This document shows, one piece after another, positions 9,858 through 18,860 of a stretch of DNA of 64,000 nucleotides. This stretch comes from Bradymonadia bacterium. GTDB taxonomy: Bacteria; Myxococcota_A; Bradymonadia; UBA7976; UBA1532. The notes below the pieces were generated by a model that did not search any database, had not been told where the DNA came from, and saw nothing but the letters and a program-made list of their open reading frames with translations. A program made the translations under genes and the position numbers. The stretch spans positions 54,272 to 118,271 of the forward strand of contig JBKAGE010000040.1 in the NCBI GenBank assembly GCA_046290225.1. The letters are read 5' to 3'. Each line of letters starts with the position of its first letter. Positions within the stretch are counted from its first letter, which is position 1.

Positions 9858-11240
9858 ATGAAACTCAACACCCTGCTGTGCGCCGGGACCACTTTGATGT
9901 GCGCCGGGATGTGCACCACCGCCAGCGCCGAGCCCCACAAAGATCGCTCGCCGTCGGTCTACCTGGGTGCCTCTGCCGGTGGCAACCTGGTGCTCAGCGA
10001 CTGGGCCACCCAGGAGGTCGATGAAGACACTGGGCTCTTCGTCACCTCGGACAGCGGCTTCATCGCCCGAGGCCGACTGGGCTTCCGGCTGGCCGATCCA
10101 GTCTCCCTCGAGCTCAGTGGGGCCTACCTGCCCACGAGCGCCGACGGCGACAGCCACAACGTCTTCGCGTACACCGCAGATCTCCTGATTCATCTCGGTG
10201 ACGGCGACTTCCGGCCCTTCATCGTGGTCGGTGGTGGTGCCCTGCACAACACCGGCGATGGCGACGACATCGATCCTGAGGGCCACTACGGCCTCGGCGC
10301 CCGCTGGCGCATGTCCGACAGCTTCCTGCTCCGCGGCGAGGTGCGCCACGTGCTCACCGACGGCCTCACCCCCGACGGCCCGGAGCTGGCCAACCTGCTC
10401 GAGCTCACTCTGGGTTTCGACTTCGAGATCTGGGGCGCCGATGTACAAGAGCCACCCGCGCCACCGAGCGACAAAGACGGCGATGGCATCGTCGACGCCG
10501 AGGACAGCTGCCCCGACGTCAAGGGTGACGCCAAGTTCAAGGGCTGCCCCGACAGCGATGGCGACGGTATCACTGACGCTGAAGACGCCTGCCCCCAGAC
10601 CAGCGGTCTCGCCGAGATGAAGGGCTGCCCCGACAAGGATGGCGACGGCATCACCGATGCAGACGACGCCTGCCCCGAGGTGAAGGGCGACGCCAAGTTC
10701 AAGGGCTGTGCCGACACCGACGGTGATGACATCCCCGATCCGGACGACCGCTGTCCTGAGGCCAAGGGCGAGACCAAGTTCAAGGGCTGCCCTGATGGCG
10801 ACGGCGACGGTGTGGCCGACGTGGACGATCTCTGTCCCAAGCGCCCCGGTGAGGTGGTGCGCAAGGGCTGCCCCGCCCCCCCGAAGAAGGTGCAGGAGAA
10901 GTTCTCCGGTTCGATCAAGGGCATCCTGTTCAAGACCGGCAGCGCCGACCTTTCGGACAAGTCGAACAAGACCCTTGACGAAGCTGCCGAGGTGTTGAAG
11001 ACCTATCCCAACCTCAAGCTGAGGATCGAAGGTCACACTGACAGCAAGGGCAACGACGAGAAGAACCTGAAGTTGTCGCAGGATCGCGCCAACTCGGTTC
11101 GCGGTGCCCTCATGAGCCGTGGTGTACCTGCCGCTCGCCTGCAGGCCGTGGGTCTCGGCGAGACTCAGCCCAAGGCGAGCAACAAGACCAGGAAGGGGCG
11201 GGCTCAGAACCGCCGCATCGAGTTCAAGATTCAGCAGTAG
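9858..11240 (+). CDS. OmpA-family outer-membrane protein with thrombospondin type-3 repeats
   Basis: N-terminal beta-barrel; DxDGDG...D.CP repeats; IEGHTD, LSQDRA and NRRIEF peptidoglycan-binding motifs. Confidence 0.92.
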   Translation: MKLNTLLCAGTTLMCAGMCTTASAEPHKDRSPSVYLGASAGGNLVLSDWATQEVDEDTGLFVTSDSGFIARGRLGFRLADPVSLELSGAYLPTSADGDSHNVFAYTADLLIHLGDGDFRPFIVVGGGALHNTGDGDDIDPEGHYGLGARWRMSDSFLLRGEVRHVLTDGLTPDGPELANLLELTLGFDFEIWGADVQEPPAPPSDKDGDGIVDAEDSCPDVKGDAKFKGCPDSDGDGITDAEDACPQTSGLAEMKGCPDKDGDGITDADDACPEVKGDAKFKGCADTDGDDIPDPDDRCPEAKGETKFKGCPDGDGDGVADVDDLCPKRPGEVVRKGCPAPPKKVQEKFSGSIKGILFKTGSADLSDKSNKTLDEAAEVLKTYPNLKLRIEGHTDSKGNDEKNLKLSQDRANSVRGALMSRGVPAARLQAVGLGETQPKASNKTRKGRAQNRRIEFKIQQ

Positions 11241-11299
11241 AGCGAAGGCTCTCGCACACACTGCCTCATCGGGCACATACGCAAAGGAACACCTGAACA

Positions 11300-12112
11300 A
11301 TGGATCGCTGGCTTACCATGTTGGGAGATCTCGCCACCACGTACGGTGTGCGGATCATCGGGGTGCTCTTCGTTCTGTGGTTGACCATGAAGTTGGCCAA
11401 CTGGATGCAGTCGAAGATCACCAGCACCCTGCAAGCCCGAAAGTTCGACACCACACTGTCGATCTTCTTCGGCAAGCTGGCCCGCTGGGGCCTCGTCACG
11501 GCGGCAGTGCTCGCCTGTCTCGGCGTCTTCGGCATTGAGACCACCAGCTTCGCCGCCATCATCGGTGCCGCCGGTCTCGCCGTAGGCCTGGCCTTTCAGG
11601 GCACCCTGTCGAACTTCGCCTCGGGCATCATGTTGCTGGTGTTCCGCCCCTTCAAGGTGGGCGACTACATCAAGGTGGGCGGCGTCGAAGGCACCGTGAA
11701 GGAGATCGGCCTCTTCACCTGCGCCCTCGACACGCTGCAGAACCACCGCTTGATCCTGCCCAACAGCGCTGTGGCGGGTCAGCAGCTCGACAACGTGACC
11801 CATCACCCCTACCGCCGCGTGGACATCGACGTCGGCGTGGACTACACCGCTGACATCGACAAGACCCGCGAGGTGCTCGAGAAGGCCATGATGGGTCTGG
11901 AGTGCCGTAACCCCGAGTGGGGTCATCAGGTGTTCCTGGTGGGTCTCGGCGCCAGCTCCGTGGACTGGCAGCTGCGCGTGTACTCCTCTCCCGAGGACTA
12001 CTGGACGGTGTACGAGGCCATCATCCGGGCCACCAAGTACGCCCTGGACGAGGCGGGCATCGGGATCCCCTACCCCCAGATGGACGTGCACGTCGACGGC
12101 AAGCTCGGCTGA
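11300..12112 (+). CDS. mscS: Small-conductance mechanosensitive channel (second paralog)
   Basis: Same MscS motifs; its C-terminal 23 aa are identical to those of the 6875-7678 copy. Confidence 0.93.
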   Translation: MDRWLTMLGDLATTYGVRIIGVLFVLWLTMKLANWMQSKITSTLQARKFDTTLSIFFGKLARWGLVTAAVLACLGVFGIETTSFAAIIGAAGLAVGLAFQGTLSNFASGIMLLVFRPFKVGDYIKVGGVEGTVKEIGLFTCALDTLQNHRLILPNSAVAGQQLDNVTHHPYRRVDIDVGVDYTADIDKTREVLEKAMMGLECRNPEWGHQVFLVGLGASSVDWQLRVYSSPEDYWTVYEAIIRATKYALDEAGIGIPYPQMDVHVDGKLG

Positions 12113-12116
12113 GCGA

Positions 12117-12546
12117 GAGCGGACGACCGCGCTGCGCGCCGTATGTAGCGGACGACCGTGCCTTCGGCACCGTCTGTAGCGGACGGTCATCGCCTTTGGC
12201 GACAGCCTGTAGCGGACGCCTCGCCTTCGGCGAGAGCTGTAGCGGACGCTCATTTGCCTCCGGCAAATTCCCTGTAGCTTTTTTGAAGATCAGTTTGGGG
12301 GCGTGGGCTCGTCTACCGCGAACGTTGTGGCCCAATGACGCACCAGCTCTGGCGTAAGCCCCAATCTGAGTTGAGAAGCCCACCAGCAACACCATAACTC
12401 TCTAAAAAAGCTACAGCACAGGCTGCCGGAGGCAGACTCGGCGTCCGCTACAGCTCTGCAAGGCGAAGCCGAAGCAGGCGTCCGCTACAGGCGGTGCGCA
12501 GCGCGGCCGTCCGCTACAGACGGTGCCGAAGGCACGGTCGTCCGCC
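12117..12546. repeat. Inverted pair of arrays of TGTAGCGGACG+hairpin units (REP/REPIN-like)
   Basis: TGTAGC(GGACG) at 12144, 12175, 12208, 12238 and 12273; inverted copies end at 12416, 12453, 12490 and 12519; 12148-12185 is the exact reverse complement of 12508-12545. Confidence 0.85.
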
Positions 12547-12552
12547 CAAACG

Positions 12553-14496
12553 CTACAACTCCAGCTGGAACATCACATCGAACAGGTTGAACTGCTCGTC
12601 CTGCAGCCGGCAAGTCATGTTCGCCGTGGCCCCACGGGGTGCCATCTCGTCGATCTGCACGACGAAGTTGCTGGTCTGACACGAGAGTTCAGAGGGCTCA
12701 CACACACCAAAACGAAGAGTGGGATCAGTCTCGGGTACGAAGAGCCACTGCACATCGCTGAAGGGTGAGCACTCGGTTCGGGTGAGGGTGGTGGTGCCCA
12801 GGTTGCCCAGGGTGACCTCCACCGTCGCAGTGTCGCCAGGATCCAGGAACCCGTCGTTCCCCGAATCCATGGTGATGCGCACGTCGGTGATGCTCGGTTG
12901 AGCGGTGGTGGCCTCCAGAGGCACTTCGATGCGGATCGGGTGAGTGTTGCCCTGCTCATCGACGAGATCAGCGGTGAAGCGGGTCGATGCTGGAGGCGCC
13001 ATCCCCTCGATGCGGGGGAGCACCTCGACGTCGAAGCTCGACTTTCCACACGCCGCTCCCGCTCTACAGAGCGAATAGTTCAAACGGTCATCAGATTCAC
13101 GGACGAGTGCGTACGGCTCATCGGCAGGCGACACGACACCACTGGCGCGGGTGAGCGTAGACAGCCCCGTGTTGCGCAGGACCACCTCCAGGGTGGCCTG
13201 CTCACCAAAGTTGAGCACCCCGTCATTGTTGTTGTCTCCGCTGACGATCACAGCGTCGACCCGAGGCACGATGGAGGTGGGGTGGACCGGCAACTCGAAC
13301 GACAAGGGGAAGCTGCGCTCGTCCTCGTCGATCAAGGTGCAGGTCATCTCCACGCCAGGCAATGCAGGCACACCTTCACCCACAGTGACGGCCACACGGG
13401 AGACGCCGCAGCTCTGGCCAGCCCTGCAGAGTGAATAGTTCAGCGTATTGTCAGAAGGCTCCACGACGATGGCGTTGTTGCTGCTGGCCACGAGGCATTG
13501 ACTGCGGGCCAGGTCACGGGCGCTGTTGTTGTAGATCGTCACTGCGATCTGCGCCTGCTCTCCAGCGCTCAACCAACCATCATTGTTGTCGTCGCCTTCG
13601 ATTTGCACATCGACGATGGAAAGGCCTGAAGGCAACGTGGGGGAAGCAGGACCCAGAGGTCCCAAAGTGGCTTTGATCAATGCCCCCGCGTCCTCTTCCG
13701 GCGCGCCGACCACCAACATGACCGTCTCGCGATCGGGGGCCAGCGTGATGCCGGTGATGCGCTCCACGTCTACCGAGAGCTCGCTTCTGCCCAGAATGTC
13801 GGCGGTCCGCTGACCTGTGGCGTCGAGGACCTGCAACGACAACCTGCGATCGGCACCACCAGGGCGTCGGGGGCCCTGCACCACGAGATACATCTCCTCG
13901 TTGGAGAGATAGACAAAGGGCCCGTCATCGACAGCGGGGTTGATGACCACTGAAGGGATCAACTGCTCACCGTTTCTGATCTTGAGGCCCTGGGCTTCCC
14001 AGGTCACCGCCCCCTGACCCCGTCGGGTGATCGCCGTGAGCCCAGGCACCTCTTCGAGCTGCTCGACCTGTCGTGTCTCGGGATCGTAGCTGGTGAGTGT
14101 CTCTGAGGTGGCCAGGATGACTTTGCCCTCTACCGAGGCAAGGCTGACGACGCCGCGGCCGAGGCCCTCCACGGTCTCAAGGATCTCCCCAGTGTCGGCG
14201 CTGACTTTGTAGAGGTTGTCGTCAAGAGCACTCGCCACCCAGAGCCCCGTGCCGTCATGGGCCAGCCCTCGGGGGTGCGCCACGCGAATCGCCTGCCGGC
14301 TCACGGTGAGAAGCTCGGGCACGATCTGCTCTTCGATGCCTCCATTGCCGCCACCAAACCCACCAGAGCCGTCAACACTGCCATCGCGAGGCAGCTCAGC
14401 GAGATACTCGTCAGCGGTCTGGGGGCAACCCCACAGCGTGGCGCCAAGCGCTGTAACTGTCACCCACTCAGTGACCCGTCGACATGTCTTCACCAC
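12553..14496 (-). CDS. Lipoprotein with a propeller-like N-terminus and three tandem Ig-like repeats
   Basis: Lipobox LWGC; repeats GDDNNDGWLSAGE, GDNNNDGVLNFGE and DSGNDGFLDPGD, each followed by Cys pairs. Confidence 0.75.
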   Translation of the reverse strand: MVKTCRRVTEWVTVTALGATLWGCPQTADEYLAELPRDGSVDGSGGFGGGNGGIEEQIVPELLTVSRQAIRVAHPRGLAHDGTGLWVASALDDNLYKVSADTGEILETVEGLGRGVVSLASVEGKVILATSETLTSYDPETRQVEQLEEVPGLTAITRRGQGAVTWEAQGLKIRNGEQLIPSVVINPAVDDGPFVYLSNEEMYLVVQGPRRPGGADRRLSLQVLDATGQRTADILGRSELSVDVERITGITLAPDRETVMLVVGAPEEDAGALIKATLGPLGPASPTLPSGLSIVDVQIEGDDNNDGWLSAGEQAQIAVTIYNNSARDLARSQCLVASSNNAIVVEPSDNTLNYSLCRAGQSCGVSRVAVTVGEGVPALPGVEMTCTLIDEDERSFPLSFELPVHPTSIVPRVDAVIVSGDNNNDGVLNFGEQATLEVVLRNTGLSTLTRASGVVSPADEPYALVRESDDRLNYSLCRAGAACGKSSFDVEVLPRIEGMAPPASTRFTADLVDEQGNTHPIRIEVPLEATTAQPSITDVRITMDSGNDGFLDPGDTATVEVTLGNLGTTTLTRTECSPFSDVQWLFVPETDPTLRFGVCEPSELSCQTSNFVVQIDEMAPRGATANMTCRLQDEQFNLFDVMFQLEL

Positions 14497-15428
14497 CGAC
14501 CCTCCCAGCCCACGACACCAGGGCCCACGATGGGGCCACCTGTACGGGCGACGCCCTCGTCGTCGTCATCGAAGAGCAACCACAACGCCCCAGCGGCGAT
14601 GAGTACACCTCCGGCGATGTAGAACCCTCGAGCGAGGGTGTAGCTGCTGTCCACCCGATCGGCGAGCTCAGTGTCGTTCGGATTGTCTTTCAACTCCTCG
14701 CCCATCGCCTTGTTCGACAAGGCGAGACTGACCCCGCCGAGGCCAGCGCCGAGCCCGATGGCGACGAGAGTCCACGCCGCGAGGTTGGGCTCAGGTGGCG
14801 AGACACGGGAGGTCGCCACAGGCACCTCGGAGGTCACCGAGCGGGGTGTTCGCTGCTTGGGCCTGCGCGATGTCTTGGGCGTACCGAACATCTCTGATCG
14901 GGCGACGGTGGATGCTTTCCCCTTGGGCTTTCGCTTTTTCTCCAGGGTTCTGAACAACTTCGACGCCGCAGCCACCACAGGGCGCTCGAGGGCCTCCAGC
15001 CGCGCTGCAGATCCAGAGGTCTGGCCGATCAAGGCGGCGGAGCGCGTGTCGTAGATGCGCAACGAAGCCTTAAGCTTGGCGCCGAAGCGGATCACCTCTC
15101 CGGTGACGAGGTAGTCGGCACCGATGTTTCGGCCGGTCTCCACCTCGCAGTCGGTCTCGCAGCTGGCGAGATCTACCCCTGGAGGCAACATCTCGAGGAT
15201 GTTCTCCCGAGTCATCACCAGGAATTTCTTCTGGTCGAGTCTGAGCGCCGCTCCCCGCACCTGATCCGTCAGGTAGATGATCTCGGTGGGTGACAAGCTG
15301 GCGCCGTTCCCGAGGTTGAGCACGGCGATCTTCTCTACCTTGCCTTTGGACTGCGCTGAAGCGTGCCCCGACAGGCAGAGGGCCACCCCGAGCAGCAGAG
15401 ATGTGAGCGCAGCGTGTTTGAGAGGCAT
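14490..15428 (-). CDS. Exported/membrane protein with a CsgG/DUF2380-like N-terminal domain
   Basis: Signal peptide (HASA); KIAVL...SCETDCEVETGRNIGADYLV; C-terminal hydrophobic segments ending GWEGRW. Confidence 0.7.
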   Translation of the reverse strand: MPLKHAALTSLLLGVALCLSGHASAQSKGKVEKIAVLNLGNGASLSPTEIIYLTDQVRGAALRLDQKKFLVMTRENILEMLPPGVDLASCETDCEVETGRNIGADYLVTGEVIRFGAKLKASLRIYDTRSAALIGQTSGSAARLEALERPVVAAASKLFRTLEKKRKPKGKASTVARSEMFGTPKTSRRPKQRTPRSVTSEVPVATSRVSPPEPNLAAWTLVAIGLGAGLGGVSLALSNKAMGEELKDNPNDTELADRVDSSYTLARGFYIAGGVLIAAGALWLLFDDDDEGVARTGGPIVGPGVVGWEGRW

Positions 15429-15535
15429 GAACACACCCTCCTCGCGTGAACGCGATGTACGAGATGACAAACCTGACCGTTGATCAGCCGTACCTTACAT
15501 GTGGACAAATGATCGATTCGAGGGGAGGCGCGAGA

Positions 15536-16999
15536 TCAGTTGCTGCTGCGGGTGTGGATGTTGTGCTTCTTGAGCAGCTCGCGCAGGTGATATCGGGTCA
15601 GCCCGGCGGACTTGGCGCTCTGAGAGATGTTGCCGCTGTGGCGCTCGATGAGCTTGCGCAAATACACGCCCTCGAATTCGTCGAGGATGGCCTGCTTGGC
15701 GTCTTTGAACGAGACGTCGATGTCGATGTCGACGGTGATGTCGTTGCCTTCGCCACCGCTGCCCCCCTCGCTGCCGGAGAACGGTGTGGGGTGGAGCGTT
15801 GATCCCCTGATGAGCCCACCTGGCTCGCTGCCGATGAGGAAATCCTGCCGGGTGAGCACAGGGCCCTCGCCAAGGCTCGCGGCACGCTCGACGACGTTCT
15901 TGAGTTCGCGCACGTTGCCGGGCCACGGGCGAGTTTTGAGGGCCGCATAAGCTTCGGGGCTCACCTCGAGGGGGCTGCGGCCGATCTCGGCTCGCTGCGC
16001 GTTGATGCGCTCGAGGAAGCTCTTGGCGAGCAGGGGCACGTCATCTTTGCGCGAGCGCAACGGGGGCAGGTGTAGTTGCACCACGCTCATTCGAAAGTAG
16101 AGATCTTCCCGGAACTTGCCCTCGGTGACCATCTGCCGCAGATCGCGGTTCGTCGCCGCCACCACCCGTACGTCGACGTTGACGGTGCGATCGGAGCCCA
16201 CCCGCTTCACCTCGCGGTTCTCGAGCACGCGCAGCAGCTTGGGCTGCATGTCGAGGGGCAGCTCTCCGAGCTCGTCGAGGAAGATGGTGCCGCCATGGGC
16301 CTGCTCGAAGACACCCTTGTGAGACGAGATCGCCCCGGTGAAGGCGCCCTTCTCGTGACCGAAGACTGTCGACTCGATGAGATCTTTGGGGATCGCCGAG
16401 CAGTCGAGCACCACGAAGGGCTTCTTGCTCCGGGGGCTGGCATTGTGCACAGCCCGAGCCACCACCTCTTTACCGGTGCCGGTCTCGCCCTGGATCATCA
16501 CCGTCAGCTCACTCGGAGCCACCCGCTCGAGGTTGGCGAAGATCTCCCGCATGGGCACGCTGGCGCCGATGACCTTGTCGAAGCGATCCCGCTCGCTCAG
16601 GGCGATGGTCAGGATGTCCTGTGTGGGCTGGAACTTCATGACCGAGTTGCCAGCTCGGAAGATCGTACCTGGCTTCAGATAGATCTCCCTGATTTTGATG
16701 TCGCCGTAGAAGGTGCCGTTGGTGCTGCCCTCGTCACGCAACACATACCCATTGTCTACGGCGGTGATCCTGAAGTGCAGGCTGGACACGCTCTTGTCGG
16801 TGAGGGCCAGGTCGCACACGCTGGAACGCCCCACGACGACCTGCTCCTGGCTCATGACCAGCTCGGCCCCTTTGTCGGGCCCCTCGAGCACCACCAGCTT
16901 GCTCTTGCGCAGTCGCTTGGCCGTGGCCCGGTTGTTGACGAAGACGGTCTTCAAGGCGCCATCGGCGCCCAGATCGGGGGGCAGATTTGTGGGCAACAA
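15536..16999 (-). CDS. FHA-domain sigma54-dependent enhancer-binding protein
   Basis: FHA motifs (VGRS, VSSLH, STNGT); [29 protein letters not shown]; Fis-type HTH. Confidence 0.95.
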   Translation of the reverse strand: MLPTNLPPDLGADGALKTVFVNNRATAKRLRKSKLVVLEGPDKGAELVMSQEQVVVGRSSVCDLALTDKSVSSLHFRITAVDNGYVLRDEGSTNGTFYGDIKIREIYLKPGTIFRAGNSVMKFQPTQDILTIALSERDRFDKVIGASVPMREIFANLERVAPSELTVMIQGETGTGKEVVARAVHNASPRSKKPFVVLDCSAIPKDLIESTVFGHEKGAFTGAISSHKGVFEQAHGGTIFLDELGELPLDMQPKLLRVLENREVKRVGSDRTVNVDVRVVAATNRDLRQMVTEGKFREDLYFRMSVVQLHLPPLRSRKDDVPLLAKSFLERINAQRAEIGRSPLEVSPEAYAALKTRPWPGNVRELKNVVERAASLGEGPVLTRQDFLIGSEPGGLIRGSTLHPTPFSGSEGGSGGEGNDITVDIDIDVSFKDAKQAILDEFEGVYLRKLIERHSGNISQSAKSAGLTRYHLRELLKKHNIHTRSSN

Positions 17000-17202
17000 G
17001 TGAGGCCTCCCAGCCAGCGTGATGTCGGTGCACGTCCCCAGGGAGTGTAGAGGGCAATGGCGCGAAAGGCCAGTGTAGGGCCAGCTCGACGAGGGGGGTC
17101 TGCCTCACGGGCCCGACGCCCGAGCTCGCCATTTGGATAAAACTGCGAGCCAAAAGACGCACAACGACAACAAACATGGCTAAAAACGCCTAAAAACCGT
17201 CT

Positions 17203-17218
17203 TGGCACACGTGCTGCA
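17203..17218 (+). promoter_or_regulatory. Sigma54 -24/-12 promoter
   Basis: TGGCACacgtgcTGCA, exact GG-N10-GC spacing; two A5 tracts 10 bp apart just upstream (17181-17200). Confidence 0.7.
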
Positions 17219-17345
17219 ATGCCAATCTGCCGTGACCACGAGGGTCTCATCAGCGTGACTTCCGTAACTCGATTTGTAACTCGACCCCTTACCCTGTCGC
17301 GCCCCATCACCCCGTGGTTTCTCTATCTGTAAGGAGAGATTCACC

Positions 17346-18833
17346 ATGACCCCTGCCATCGATCGTGCAGCCATCGATCGTGCTGCCCTCGTGGAGCGCG
17401 AGGATCTCGTCGCCTTCATCAACGCGGGCATGGTGGCTACCGGTCAGGCAGAGCGACTGAGCACCGCCTATGCTCAGCGTGTATCTCTCGACTTCTTGCA
17501 TCAATACATCGAAGGCAACTACCCCACCCTCTATGCGCGATGTCTCGCCCTCGGCGCCGGCGGCGCAGCGGGGCTCAACCGCGTGAACCGCATGCGCATC
17601 GTCTCGCGTCTGCTCGAGCGTGGCGCCCCTGCTGATCCGGCCCGACGGGCCGAGGAAGCACATCTCATCGCCCTCACCCTCGATCAGCTGCCGCCTCACC
17701 GTGTGTACCGCATGTTCGCGGCCCTGGCTCGATCCCGGGTGAACAACCGCCGCGTGCGGGCGGCGATCCGCGGTTGGCTCGGGGGGCGGGATCTGGTCTT
17801 CGATGCGGTGAAGTACCGCCGCTGGCTGGGGATCGCCACCCGTCATGGGCACGTGGCTCTGAAGGGAGAGCTGGGCACCTATGTGTTCCGAGGCCCTGGC
17901 GCCCGGGTGAAGTGGGCCACGCCGCAGTTCGATCGGGTGCGACAGGCCCGCCGTGGTGACTCACGATCCATCTTCGCGCTGCCCCTGAGCGTCGCTGAAG
18001 GATACGCAGGGGCACACGGCATCAGCCGACAGCGCCTGCTCCGAGGGGTGGATGCTCATCTGACCGCCCACGAGCGGACCCGCCTCGTGAACGCAGCAGG
18101 TGTGAAGTCTGATCTCTCCCGTATGCCCCTCGGCCGACTGTGCCGCTTCATCCTCGCTCGGGATCCCGAGCAGCGCACGCAGAGCGAGCACGATCTACGT
18201 GGAGCGCTTTCTGCAGTGGCTGGCCGGGTGGCAGAGCAAAGCCACATCAGCCTGGGCTCGGTGGTGGCTGTCCTCGATCGCGGTGTGAGTGCTTATGGCG
18301 CCGAGGGTCGACAGAACCGGCCACTCTCGGTGGCCATGGGGGCTTCTCAGGTGCTCCGCGGCATTTCGCGCCATTACCGCGCGATCTGGACAGACACTCT
18401 GCGTCAAGACGAGTTGATGCTCACCGTGAAGGGGCGAGGCAATCTGGAAGGGGCGATGCAGCAAGCTCTCGCTCTGCGCCCTGACTGGATCTTCGTCGTC
18501 TCCGATGCGTTCGAAGAGGGCCGCCATGGCCGTGCAGCGAAGGTGGCGAAGATGTACGAGGCCTGCTTCGGGCAGGCCCAGAAGCCCCTGGTGGTGCTGT
18601 TCAACCCGGTGTACGACGCCGAGGAGCTCATGCCTCGCCCCTTGGGCCCCGAGGTGCCAGTGCTCGGCCTCACCGAGCCGGAGCATCTGCCGGCGATGTT
18701 GTCATTCGCCCGCTTTGCGAGCGGCGCATGCGGCATGGCCGAGCTTCAGAGCTGGCTCGCAGGCCAGTCCCAGCGTGCTCGTGCGCGCTGGATCCGTCGC
18801 CTCGCTCAGCGTCAGGCTGCAGCGGCAGCCTGA
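17346..18833 (+). CDS. TROVE/Ro60-like helical protein with a C-terminal vWA-like domain
   Basis: Arg-rich helical N-terminal region (FDAVKYR); vWA-like VVAVLDRGVS, FVVSDAF and VLFNPVYD. Family recognised by eye. Confidence 0.6.
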   Translation: MTPAIDRAAIDRAALVEREDLVAFINAGMVATGQAERLSTAYAQRVSLDFLHQYIEGNYPTLYARCLALGAGGAAGLNRVNRMRIVSRLLERGAPADPARRAEEAHLIALTLDQLPPHRVYRMFAALARSRVNNRRVRAAIRGWLGGRDLVFDAVKYRRWLGIATRHGHVALKGELGTYVFRGPGARVKWATPQFDRVRQARRGDSRSIFALPLSVAEGYAGAHGISRQRLLRGVDAHLTAHERTRLVNAAGVKSDLSRMPLGRLCRFILARDPEQRTQSEHDLRGALSAVAGRVAEQSHISLGSVVAVLDRGVSAYGAEGRQNRPLSVAMGASQVLRGISRHYRAIWTDTLRQDELMLTVKGRGNLEGAMQQALALRPDWIFVVSDAFEEGRHGRAAKVAKMYEACFGQAQKPLVVLFNPVYDAEELMPRPLGPEVPVLGLTEPEHLPAMLSFARFASGACGMAELQSWLAGQSQRARARWIRRLAQRQAAAAA

Positions 18834-18860
18834 CGCTGTGGCTGAGGCACACGCATCTGC

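Noticed and set aside
10460..10870. DNA repeats such as GCCAAGTTCAAGGGCTG within the OmpA gene
   Set aside because: Explained by TSP3 protein repeats.
12144..12519. CRISPR array of TGTAGCGGACG repeats
   Set aside because: The repeat is only 11-12 nt, the spacers are related hairpins, and the two halves are inverted; this is REP-like instead.
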